A stretch of 64,000 nt of DNA from Camelus dromedarius (Eukaryota), in the NCBI RefSeq assembly GCF_036321535.1, contig NC_087437.1:86616001-86680000 (forward strand), in the 5' to 3' direction. Of the stretch, positions 29,641 to 41,545 are shown one piece after another. How positions within the stretch are numbered: the first letter of the stretch is position 1; the number at the start of each line of letters is the position of its first letter. The position numbers and the translations under genes were made by a program. The notes beneath the pieces were generated by a model, which worked only from the letters and a program-made list of their open reading frames with translations, did not search any database and was not told where the DNA came from.

Positions 29641-30229
29641 AGGCCTCCTGTTTAAAACTGCCTCACAGGATGTCATAAAATTATAGAGGTTATTTGAAAA
29701 AATAAGTGTAATATAAAGAGGTGGGCCATTATTACAAAGCTGGAATTCTTATTTTGCATAGACTAGTTGCTGAATAAAGAATACTCAATCAGTATAATAT
29801 AGAATTTTTATCACGTGTGTTCATTCTTATATAACATTTACAATAATACTTCATTTTAGACAGTAAAGTGATAGAAATCCCTTAATTATCTTTATTATTT
29901 TATGTTTTGGATAAAAGTAAATATATTTTTACCTTAGAAAGCAGGCAAAATGATTGCATTTATGGTGGTATTTTCTACTTTTCACTTTACAAGTGTAAAG
30001 GCCTCAAACATCCTCTAACAGAATGAGAAAGAAGTCAAAATATGTATACCAGTGAGAAATGGATATTTCAGATTGCAGTTAGATATCACTGACTAAAGAC
30101 CCTGTCTTTGATAAGAAAATTTATATGACAAGTAACAAACTTGATTTGCAAATTTTAAGAATTTTTATGTTTCCACGAAGGCATTGATGATTATGTAATC
30201 TTTACAATGGGCAAACTATTGTCCTAAGC

Positions 30230-30430
30230 TTTTAAAATATATTTAATCTTTTATTTCTAACTATAGCTCTAGGAGGTAAGTATTGTTATTTTTTTCCTCA
30301 CTGTTTTTAAACATGAGGTAGCTGAAACTGAGAAAAGTGGAGTAACTTGCCCAAGGTCACACTGCTGTCAAGCAGGAGAGTCAGAATTTTACTTGGCAGT
30401 CTGGCCCGCAAGGTCTGTCTTACATACTCC
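30230..30430 (-). mobile_element. MIR SINE
   Basis: MIR core 'gagtaacttgcccaaggtcacactgct'. Confidence 0.8.
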
Positions 30431-30732
30431 AAAGGTCTACAAATTGTAATTTAATAAATTAATGTTCACCAATTACTGTTGTATTTTATCATCTCATTGT
30501 ACAATATGACATTTTCTTTGAAAAATTCTTCCATATAATCACTCACAAAATACATTTTTTAAAAAGTAAGAACTCTTCAGTGAAATCCAGAATTTTTTCT
30601 AGCTGAAAATCAGACATTATTTTATGATTTTTATTTATGTCTCATATATTTAATATTCTTTCTATGTGATAAGAAATTTTGATTCATGTTTATATTATCT
30701 TTGAAAATAGCCTGTGATTTTTTTGATATCTT

Positions 30733-30876
30733 CTTTTGGGGTGGAGGGAAGGGTGGGCAGTGGAGGAGGTAATTAGGTTTACTTGTTTGTTTGTTTATTA
30801 AATGAAGGTACTGAGGATTGAACCCAGGACCTTGTGCATGCTAAGCATGCGCTCTACCGCTGAGCTATACCCTCCC
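30733..30876 (-). mobile_element. Full-length tRNA-Ala-derived camelid SINE (Vic-1 type) with TSD
   Basis: Reverse complement GGGAGGGTATAGCTCAGCGGTAGAGCGCATGCTTAGCATGCACAAGGTCCTGGGTTCAATCC (A box, AGC anticodon arm, B box), then AAACCTAATTACCTCC. TSD tttttgatatctt at 30720-30732 and 30880-30892. Confidence 0.92.
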
Positions 30877-31211
30877 TTCTTTTTGATATCTTAATGAGAA
30901 TATATATCTATGTCAACTCAAAAGGGAGAAAGTGACTATGGATTAGCAAAAAGAAGGTAGATAAAGTGATTATTACATCCTTGCTCAGATTTATGTCTTC
31001 TGTTACAATACTAGGAATTAATACCCTCTGTTAAATATTTAGATGGTTAAACACTGATTAAATCTTATTCTTTTTTATAAAAAGTGTTAATCTGAATGAT
31101 CAAATTCTCCTATACTGAAAAAACCTTTGAATTTCTGCTTAATTGTTCATTTTTTCTAAAGCAAAACACATGAGGATTTACTATAATCCTTCAAAATTAA
31201 TTTTTAAATTA

Positions 31212-32265
31212 CCAAAGACAACCTACACAATGGGAGAAAATATTTGCAAATGATGTGACTGGCAAAGGGTTAATATCCAAAATGTACAAACAGTTCATAC
31301 AACCCACTAACAAAAGAACAAACAACCCAGTCGAAGAATGGGCAGAAGACCTAAACAGACATTTCTCCAATGAAGACATACTTATTTTGGCCAATAAGCA
31401 TATTATAAGATGTTTGATATCACTAATTATCAGGAAATGCAAATCAAAACTACAATGACGTATCACCTCACAATGGTTAGAATGGTCATTGTTAAAATGT
31501 CCACAAACGATAAATGCTGGAAATGGTATGGAGAACAGGAAACCCTCTTACACTGTTGGTAGGAATGTAATTTGGTGTAGCAATTATGGAAAACAGTATG
31601 GAATTCCTTAAAAAACTAAAAATGGACTTACCCTGTGACCCATCAATCCTACTCCTGGGCATATATGCAGAGGGAACTCTTAATTCAAAAAGATACACGC
31701 ACCCCAATGTTCATAGCAGCACTATTTACAATAGCAAAGATGTGGAGGAACCCAAGTGCCCATCAACAGGTGATTGGATTAAGATGTGGCATATATATAA
31801 ATATTACCCAGCCATAAAAAAGAATGAAATAATGCCATTTACAGTAACATGGATGGACCTAGGGATTATCATACTAAGTGCAATAAGTCAGAAAGAGAAA
31901 GACAAGTACCAAATACTTACATGTGGAATCAAAAAATGACACAAATGAATTTATTTACAAAACAGAAACAGACTCATAGACATAGAAAGCAAACTTAAGG
32001 TTACAAAGTGGGTATGCAGGGGAGGGATAAATTGGGAGTCTGGGGTTTGAAGATACTAACTGGTATGTATAAAATAGATAAACAACAAGTTTCTACTGTA
32101 TAGCACATGGAACTATATTCAGTATCTTATAGTAACCTATAATGAAAAAGAATATATATATGTGTGTGTGTGTGTGTTTGTGTGTATAACTGAATCACCA
32201 TGCTGTACACCAGAGACTAACACAACATTGTAAATGGAGTATACTTCAATTAAAAAACAAAAAAC
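31212..32265 (+). mobile_element. Artiodactyl-type L1, 5'-truncated (disrupted ORF2 C-terminus plus 3' UTR)
   Basis: Translations NNPVEEWAEDLNRHFSNEDI, FLKKLKMDLPCDPSILLLGIY and YPAIKKNEIMPF; 3' end 'atacttcaattaaaaaacaaaaaa'. Confidence 0.95.
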
Positions 32266-32599
32266 CTTACCACCTTTGTTAGAGGCTGTGTTATTTAAAG
32301 GTGAATTTTTTCAAACAAAAAATAAGAAGTTTGTGGTGCAGTGTGTTATGTATTTTCACTCAGAATGAAGGCATGTTTTGGAGCCATGAAAGTATTAGTA
32401 CAACCACCAAACATCAAAACATCTTGTAGCTATTTAAATCTCTTTTGGGTCTTGGCATGCTCAAAACTGAGGAAGAATAGAGGAAGGACATTTATAAATA
32501 TATGCCCTAAAGGTAGAATAGAAGTTAATCAAGCACTTCCAGTTAAAAATAACATTAAAATAACATTGTAACCTTTGAAATTCTCAAACTCACTCCTAC

Positions 32600-33690
32600 T
32601 GCAGTTTTTTTCATATTAAAAAGAAGATATAGCCATGTTTTAAAACAGTCTAAGCATTTCTGTGGACAAGAAACAGAAGAAAACCTGTGGCAGGAATTGA
32701 AAAGCGCCTGGCCCTAGGCATAAATGTGCAGTGCTTGTCGAGATTTCCTTCCTAAGCGACAAGAGGGACAAAGCCCGTCTAATATGATGAGAGACCAGAA
32801 CCAGACATAGTACCTGAAACCAGCTTCCCTGTGCAAGCTGGGAGGCTGAAATCAACTGCACGCATTACTGAGTGCTGAGACTCTCGTTGACCTACTTCTG
32901 GGAATGACAAGAGGGAACAGAGAGATACATGGCCATGGAATAGGATCTGGGGCAAGGCCACACCGTGGCTCCTGAGCACCTGCTTTGTTTCTTGGATGAA
33001 CGACCTCAAGGTACCAATATTAAATCTGGGTCTGAACTCAGAACCACGTAAGGTCAGATGAAGAACTTTCCACCAAACTGGAAAGCGGATGCAAAGAAAG
33101 AGAGAATGAAACACATACATGAGTGTACACCTGGGCACATTTAAATAAAAGCCCAGTACCAGAGGAGGTAACCTTTCAAACTCATGTGTCAGAGGAGGTT
33201 GAGGAATATTGATTTCATAAAAAATAGGCAATAAATGAAAGAGTATTCTTCCAAAGAAAATTCAAATGTTATCATAATATTTTGAAAAGTATATAGCAAA
33301 GTACGTTTAAAATCCTCTAAGAAAATAAATGAAGAGATTAATAAAGAAAAGTAAGGGGATGTAAATTAAAAGCAGCAGGAAAAATAATAATAAAAATTAA
33401 AAATAAAAAACAGAATAGTTGCTTTCCTGGACTTAGTTGAAGAGATAAGTAGTTAATAGGAAGATAACATTGTGGCATTAACATAGAAATCTGTACAGAA
33501 AATGCAGAAAGAAAAAGATTGCTAAAAATAGTACTGCAGTATCAATAGTTGATAGAATTTAAAGTGAAAATTATTTAGGCTAAAAGGAGGTACTATATAA
33601 TGGAAAAAAATAATAAAAACCCAGAATGTAATATTTATGACTAAAAATCATATATTTGTTAAACATACAGAAAAACAGGAAAAATATGAT
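32600..33690 (+). mobile_element. Old L1M 5'/ORF1-like fragment
   Basis: A-rich degenerate L1 ORF1-like text ('gacttagttgaagagataagtagttaataggaagata'). Confidence 0.4.
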
Positions 33691-33699
33691 GTTTTGGGA

Positions 33700-34069
33700 A
33701 TCTCAATCTTCAGTCTGGTTCCAACCAGTCTGAGGTCTAGGTGCTGGTGTCAGCATGCAGTTAACTTCTTCCACCTGGTCGAGGTTTTAGTATCTGCAAA
33801 GCAACTCAAGGATATGGCTCAGGATATTATGTAGAACCCTTGAGAAGGAACTAAAGGCCTTTGATTATTTTTTTAATGGCTAAACTATTATTATTTTGTC
33901 TTGCTTGACTTCTTCCCTTTGTTTCTGCATTTTCTCACTTCTCTGATTAAATTTGCTCCTTGGAAGTTGGGAAATGACTAGGAGGCTAAAGCTTTTCTAC
34001 AAACAGGAGTTGGGGGACCTGAGGGGTGTCTGTACCTGGGAAAGACCCACAGAGTCCTGCTCAGTTTCA
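33700..34069 (-). mobile_element. ERV1-type LTR fragment
   Basis: 'gcatgcagttaacttcttccacctggt...gcaactcaaggatatggctcag...cctgctcagtttca'; ends in TTTCA, the reverse complement of the LTR start TGAAA. Confidence 0.7.
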
Positions 34070-34405
34070 ATATCACCTCACATCTGTTAGAATGGCTGTT
34101 ATCAGAAAGACAAGAAATAAAAGTGTTGGCAAGGATGTGGAGGCAAGGGAACCCTTGTGCGTTATTAGTGAGAAAGTAAATTGGTGTAGTTACTATGGAA
34201 AACTGTATGGAGGCTTCTCAAAAAATTAAAAATATAACTACCATATGATCCACCATTTCCACTTTTGGGTATTTATCCAGAGAAAATGATAACATTAACT
34301 TGAAAAGATTTCTGCTCCCCCAACCCCATGTTCATTAAAGCATTATTTACAATAGCCAAGACATGGAAACAAGTATTCATCAATTGATGACTGGATAGAG
34401 AAATT
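34070..34405 (+). mobile_element. L1 ORF2 3' fragment
   Basis: YHLTSVRMAVIRK...VGKDVEAREP translation and 'accatatgatccaccatttccacttttgggtatttatcc'. Confidence 0.9.
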
Positions 34406-35079
34406 AGATTTTTATATATGCTCTCAAAATTAGCTCAAGTGATAGAAATAATAAAGAAGATAAGATCTTAAATATACTCATTGAGCTTGTCTGTTTGTAT
34501 ATGTATGGCTGTATATGTGTGTATACAGCTATCTAAATCTTTGCTGTTGGATATGGGATTTTACTCTAGTTACAAGCTAGGTTAGCCTATTACTGTTGAA
34601 TGGATACCAGCAGAAGACACTAGACTCATGGATGAGAGAAAAAAGGCTCATTTTTGATGTTACATCAAATGACATGAGTATGTTTGCATCGTTTCCCTTC
34701 ACTTTCCAAGTCTTATGCAGATGAAGTAGATGGCTCGGGTGCATGCCTGCCCTTGCAGTGGGTTCTATTACAGAACACAAAAGAATTGTTTGGGGAATCT
34801 ACCACTTTAATAATGAGGGACAAGTAAACCTGTTCTTTGTTTCTGAGAAAGAGAGGACCGTATCCCTCCAGGTTTTTGCTGTAAAAGGAACCCCAAGAAG
34901 TTGTCTGGAGACAGAGCAGTGAGGGCTTTTCATTCTTGGCATACTCGATAGGAATACACAAAGATACTCAGGGCCCTTGGTGGATTGACTCTGTTAACAA
35001 CTACACTGCAAATCTTAGCAAACTCATGAAGTATAGTAAGTAACCATCTCCCTAGGAGAACATAAAAACAAACTCTATT

Positions 35080-35720
35080 CTATTGCATCTAATGATAAAT
35101 TACGTATACATTAAAATTACTGAAATGTTTTGGTAGATGTAAGAGACTAAAAATGTGGCAGGAGAAGATTTTAAAACACAACCAGAAACTTGGACACCAG
35201 AAAAAGACATATAGGATTATTTAAGTATAGAGAAAAAATTGTGATAAATGGGGTCAACAGATAAATAAGCTACATAGCTATATTTTTGAAGCACAAGGGA
35301 TTAGTATCTTTAATTTTGAACTAACAAACTACCAAAGTCCAAGAACAAAGAAAATGGAGAAATATTATGAGTAGAAAAATCACAGAAGAGCAAATCTAAA
35401 TAGTAAATAATAGTAGTCAGAATAATACAAACCAAGTAAAAATATGATAAAAATTTGTAGTAAGACTGACAAAAATTGCAAAAAAGCAGTAACTTTTATT
35501 AGGTAGGACTAAATCAGAAGGGTACATTTGTAAACACCAACATAAATTTGACAATCCCTCTCCTGGAAAACTGTCTTACAAAATTTAAAGAATGAGTATG
35601 TATACCCATACTTTTTTATAATGTAATGTTAATGTTTCTTGGGGTAATTATTTTTGCAAAAATCTGGAAATAATGCGAATGTCCATCAGTGGGTAGACAT
35701 GTACCCAGGACTGAGACATT
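35080..35720 (+). mobile_element. Very old L1ME ORF2 fragment
   Basis: Degenerate A-rich L1 text ending 'aaaatctggaaataatgcgaatgtccatcagtggg'. Confidence 0.55.
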
Positions 35721-38289
35721 CTTTAAGACAGGGTGTCCTCTAAGTGCTAGAAGATGGTAAAGCAGAAGTGTATGCTTTTGAATGGGTAACCATGAAAAGC
35801 AAGAAGATAAGAACAAGTAAAGGAATATGTAGAAATCGCCGTCCCTGGCATATATTAGCAGGGACCTCTAGGTGTCTTGACCTGGGTTGATAATACAGGA
35901 TGAAGCACAAAAAATACCTTCAGAGGGAAGGGGTCAAAGGGGCCAGTAGGCCAGAGGGTCTCCTTCACCATAGGCTGCTGTAAATAAATGCCAGCTGCTG
36001 AGTAAATTGAGAGCATGTCTTAGGTAAACTCTTTTATCTATTCACCTGAGGTAGGCCAATGGCATATTATTAAGAGAGAAAAGCCAGTTGAAAAGTAATG
36101 TCTATACTATTAATACATTTTCTTAAAGAGACACGTTAACAATAAAACCCTGTGCTTGTGTATGGACGCTTGCTCATTTTTAGAGCAGGGCAAAGGCAGT
36201 ACTGGTTGTCTATTGGAGACAGAGATTTAAATGGAAAAGGGTTGGGGAGAGCATATATTAGCTTTCTTCACACACCACTGTGTTACTTTACCAGTTCTTG
36301 TGTGCAAATATTACTTTGATAATTTTGGGAAAGTAATTTAATAAAGAAAATAATAAAAGATTGGTGCATTTTATGCCTTTTCACATATAGAAGGCATGAC
36401 ATTTTGACCGATGATTGAAACTATGTTTAATGTACTCCCTTTCTTTTATCATTTTTATATAGTGGAAAGAGTATTAATAACACTAATAAAAATAAAATTA
36501 AAGCAGACCCAGGCATCAGTTTTGACTTCACCCTTGCATGCAGTTAAACTGTCTAAATCTTGTATCATTTATCACAGAGGAAGCTTACCTCAGTGATCCT
36601 ATTGTCAGAAACAAAAGAAATGCTTTGTTGTTCTGGAAGTACTTTGTAAAGTGGATATTATTATTCCATTGTTTTCCAGATGGTAAGAATAATTTCATTA
36701 TTCTGTTTCCAATGTGTGTATGAAAAAGGGCGGGAATTGGTGAGCTAGAAGGGATTGCTTTTGACAACTGGAACCCAATTACCTTTATAATTTTAAAGGG
36801 ATGAATATATACTTTCTTAATAGTCATACATTATCTAGTGCACATATTTACCTAACAATGTAGGCATGTAAATATAAAATTGAATCAAAATACTGTTCTT
36901 TCTGTATGGAAAAGTTTTTAGGGAAAAAACTAATGAGTCTAAAAATGAAATATGTTAATAACATGAAAGAATTTCTTAAGGATGATATGTAGGTTTATAT
37001 AGTGTTATTTATGCAGTAAATGTGCATCTCTGGAGGACGTTCTGCCTTTCAAGACCAGAGGAAATTAGAGGAAACAAAAATGAAGAGAAAGGACTTAAAA
37101 GACACAATATGGGTTCATTCCACCATTTCAGGCGTTGCTTAACAGTCTGTTGAGAACGCAACTTGAGCTAAACAACAAGCAGCCGTGTTTTACTTGCTTT
37201 CCAAGAGCGACAGGTGCAAAGAAGCTTGAGAAAAAAGCATTCATTATAGGCAAGGTTAAAATTAGGTACTTAAAAATCGTCGTCTAATTTAGGTCATTTA
37301 TCATTCTCCTCAAAGCCCCTTTTGTACAATTGAATACTGAAGTGCTTAGCTTACTATTAGATCATCACAGCTGCTGCAGTATCACTCAAAGCAGATGTTT
37401 CACAGACAGAAAGAGCCTAGCTAATTTTAACAGAAACATGTTAACTGCAAGTCACTTGCTGGCAGTTCCAGCAGTGAATGTGAATATACCATGCAGGTGC
37501 AACTGTACATAGTGAACTGTAGGATAAATGCTTTGAGAGAGGGAAAAGTGATATGGGTGAGAGATCCCTGAAAGGGTTTCATTCCTGATGGGTTACAAAT
37601 CCAGTGCCTGTACACTGTGTTTTGCTGTGATGAGATTCAAACTATTCCTTCCCTTTTGAAAGAAGAGAACAAAAAATAAAATGGTCGAGCTAATTATAGG
37701 GCATTCTTGCTGTCATTTTCCAAATCAATTTGCACTTGGAAATAGAATACTGAGGGAATTTCTTACACTTAAATCATGAACTCACACATTAGTATCTTCT
37801 CAGCTTCTGCCCCTAGTGATATCAGTGTGTGTATTTGTATTTCTATATGTTTAGGTATACTTATATGTGTGTGCAGAAGTCATACCATAAATTCCTTGTC
37901 CAATTTCTTATTATTACAATTCATGGCATGACATTTCTATAGAAAAGAAAAAGTCGCCTTCCACTAACAAAAATTTAGGTAGAGATGTTTGTGATAAGTG
38001 GCTCATTTCATTCTTAGTGTTCAGCAGACTTACACGTACTTGAGCTAAATGAGAGTCCCTTGCTTGACTAATTGTAAGAACTATGTAAATTATGAATTGC
38101 AACCATTAAAGTTTAATTTCTTATTGAATCATTTTCTTTGACAAATACATTTATACATATGTGTTTTATATATTTATGTGTATATGTGTATATATAATAC
38201 ATAGTTATATTCCCCAAAATATATCCTAAAGAATGTATGTGATGATGTTTTTAGAAGTTACCATAACAATAAAAATCTACATCACTGTA

Positions 38290-38692
38290 AAGTTTCCTAG
38301 GGCTACTGTAAAAAATATCACCACAAACTGGGTGACTTAAAAACAACAGAAATTTCTTCTCTCACAGTTCTGGAGGCCATGCCCAGCCAAGGGATCTAGG
38401 GGAGAATCCTTCCTGGCTTCTTCTACCTTCTGGAGGCTCCAGGTGTTCCTTGATTTGTGGCTGCCGATTTCCAATATCTCCCACCATCTTCACATGGTCT
38501 TCTTCAGTTTCTCTCTATGTCCTTTCCTTTTGTGTCTCTTGTAAGGATATTTGACATTGAATTTAGGGCCTAGGTAATCCAGCATGAGCTCATCTCGAGA
38601 TACTTAATTTCATCTGCAAAGATGATTTTTCCAAGTCAGGTCATATGCACAGGTTCTGGAGTTTAGGGTAGGGACATTCAACTCATAACAGA
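38290..38692. mobile_element. MLT1A/B/C-type MaLR solo LTR
   Basis: 'tttcctagggctactgtaa...cacaaactgggtgacttaa...ctctcacagttctggaggcc' through 'gggacattcaactcataaca'. Confidence 0.88.
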
Positions 38693-40538
38693 CATTATAG
38701 GTGTAAATAAATATTTTAATCAGTGCTACCCAAATCTAGTCCTAAGATGGCTGCTAAGTTTTTGAATTATTTGCTACTGCTCTGCAATAAGATAAGTTGT
38801 TGCACCAGGATATAAAGTGATTTCATTACAAAGCACACTGTTAGACTCAGCTGACATTTTTGGGGAAGGATTTTCTTGATGAAGGCAATGGTACATTGAC
38901 TTATTTTCTAGAGCAAGCTCCCTATCTCTTCATGTACCAGTGCTTTTTAAGTTGTATAGTTTTAAACTGTAGTGGCCAAATTGAGTCTACTTGGTGTGCC
39001 AAACGTAGTCCTATTGGACTGTGAGTCTCATACAGTCACTGTAGAAAGATTCTGCTGGTTGGGAATGAGGTAGTTACATGAGGTACCTGGTCATCACAGA
39101 AATCACTGCTGTATTAGTCCTAGGTAACCGCAGGTACCAGGTACCCGGTGGCATGGAACAATGTGATGTAACTGAAATGGAGAAGAAGGAACATCAAAGT
39201 GTTGGGAAACATACCACAGCCTACTGTACATGAATCTGTTTTGCCTTTGTTTACTCCACTGTGATTCTCCTACAGGATAGTATGTAAAATGTGCAATATA
39301 ATATGTGAAGTTATTATTTACTGTCATTAAATGGAACACATGCTGTCAAAATCCCAGCCACTGGATTTTTACCTCGCCTGTAAAGTTGATGTCATTATCT
39401 CCAAGGTATCATTTGTGAAGACCATCTGCAAGCCTTTTCAAATCCACGAATGTCTCTGTTGGCTAAGAAAATTTGATTTGTCCTCAGTTGTGTGCAAGGC
39501 AACACAACTTCTTCCCCTGGATTATCTTGAAGTATGACATGTTTCTTGAAGCTTTTAAGCTAACTATCTGGAATTGCAGTAGTATTTCTTTATGCAATGC
39601 TGTATTTTCTCTATTGATCATCAACATTTCTCTCCAAATATCTGTTGATTTTGCTAACCAGAGTGACTAAGGGACATGTCTCTAGCCAACTGGCTCTTAA
39701 TCCCCACTCATTTTTGTTGTGCATTTCTGTGTTCATTTTATTACATATTGTTTTCATTTTTAAAGCTAAGAGCATAAAGTCTTATTTCCCAAGGATAAAA
39801 AAGGCCTAAATCAATTCCCCCAAAGTACATTCTGAAAGCAGCATTAAGTGTGGCATCCAGCTTCATTATGCTGTTGAACTGGAATTTGTTGAACTGGGAA
39901 TTAAGATGTTAATGTCAGACTAAATCACAAAATTAAAGTCTTGGGTCATCACGGTCCATTCAGAATTGTCACTTGTGTATACAGTATATAGCATGTCCCT
40001 GTAAAACTCCCAACATATTTTAAAAATAATTTCCTCTTTTTTCTTTGTCCCTAGGGAACAGTTTTAAGCAAAGCATTTCCATATGGAAAGAGTGAAGAGA
40101 TTTAACGGGCTGTATAGCATCACTCATGAATAGTATTTAAATCTCAAGAGCATAACTGGGGCTTGAAGCTTAGGGTGTATAAAAGCATGTCATTCCCTAG
40201 TGTGTTCATATACTGTCAGAGCAACAATCTCCACAAACACAAGTGTAACAACCCCCAAAACCATGTAATCAAGCCCACTGTTACATGATCTAGTTGGCTA
40301 TGGATACTCACATTGTAATGGTGAAAAGGAAATCAATACAGTAGCTTCCAGGGCACTTATTCTTGTGAAAATAAGGAAGGGACATGCATTTCAACATTAA
40401 TAATCGTACAGATTGAAATGAATAGCCTGGAAAAGATGATCAGTTTTCTGGTTAGTGATGTAATAATCATTCCTACATTATTGAAATCAGAAAGGGTGTG
40501 CTTCACTTTCCATGGTTTTCTATGAACTTGAAGGCAAG

Positions 40539-40893
40539 CAGTGGTTCTCAGGCTTCAGTGCACAGGTGGCATGAGGCAGCTGGCAAGTTTTAACAATATC
40601 AGATGCTCAGGCCCGATACCCACCCAAGATTCTGATTCATTCAGTTTAACTTTTTCAGAGCTCCCAGGGGAGTTGAATGTGTCAGCAGGTTGGTGAACCA
40701 AGGCTTGTTCAAAAGCAATAATTATCAAATCCTAGTATATAAGAATCACATGGGAGCTTAATAAAATGCATATTCTGGTTCCAAACTTCCAGAGATTTTG
40801 ATAGAGTAGGTCTAAGTGGAAGTATCATGGTCACATTTTTGAAACATCCGAGGGGATCCTATACCCACAGTCCATGTAATTTATCCGTTGAGA
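40539..40893. mobile_element. Two adjacent MER5 (hAT-Charlie) fragments
   Basis: 'cagtggttctca...cccaagattctgattcattcag' and 'agaatcacatgggagctt...ccagagattttgatagagtaggtct'. Confidence 0.7.
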
Positions 40894-41289
40894 AAAAATA
40901 ATGCAGAATCTTTAAGGAGATGTCCTGCCAATTTGAGTGCTACTTTTATGACACTAATCTTCAGGGAATTTAACTCTTTTGGTTTACATAATCACTTCAC
41001 GCTCAGTTTCCTTTTTTGATTGGGAAGCAAATTATATGAAAATCCTAAATTTATAAATGAAGAGACCAAGCCACAAAACGTTAAAATGGCTTCCCTGAAA
41101 GAGACATATAACACCAGGGTTAATTTTGGTTTATTGTGTTGTGAGTCTACCTAAATAATCTGAGACTATCTAATTAGTAGCCAAGTCCAGTTATGGTGAC
41201 TTGGTTCTGGAATCAAAATAAATGATGAGAAGACTAAAACCTAATACTAGAAGACATGTCTGCATAGAAAATCCACACCTCTCTGAGAG

Positions 41290-41545
41290 GCAGAATATCC
41301 TAGTAGATGAGATCTTGGGCTTGGGAACCAGATTGCATGTGTATGTGAATTCTGGTTTTGCCACCAACCAGCTGTGTGACTCTAGCAAGTTATTTAATGG
41401 CTCTTTGCCTCAATTTCTTTATTTGTCACGAAGGGAAAAATTCATATCTCATACGGTTTTTGAAAGGGTAACTATATTATTATGTTCAGACTACCAGAAC
41501 AGAGACTGACATAAGTGCTGTGTGGTTGTAAATGTTGGCTTTTAC
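41290..41545 (+). mobile_element. MIR SINE
   Basis: 'tgaattctggttttgccaccaaccagctgtgtgactctagcaagttatttaatggctctttgcctcaatttc'. Confidence 0.8.

Noticed and set aside
30805..30876. Genuine tRNA-Ala gene
   Set aside because: Followed by a SINE-specific tail and flanked by a TSD; the acceptor stem is imperfect.
31209..31939. L1-derived short ORFs as genes (also 28238-28764 and 61616-62392)
   Set aside because: Truncated or frameshifted L1 ORF2 remnants, or their antisense frames.
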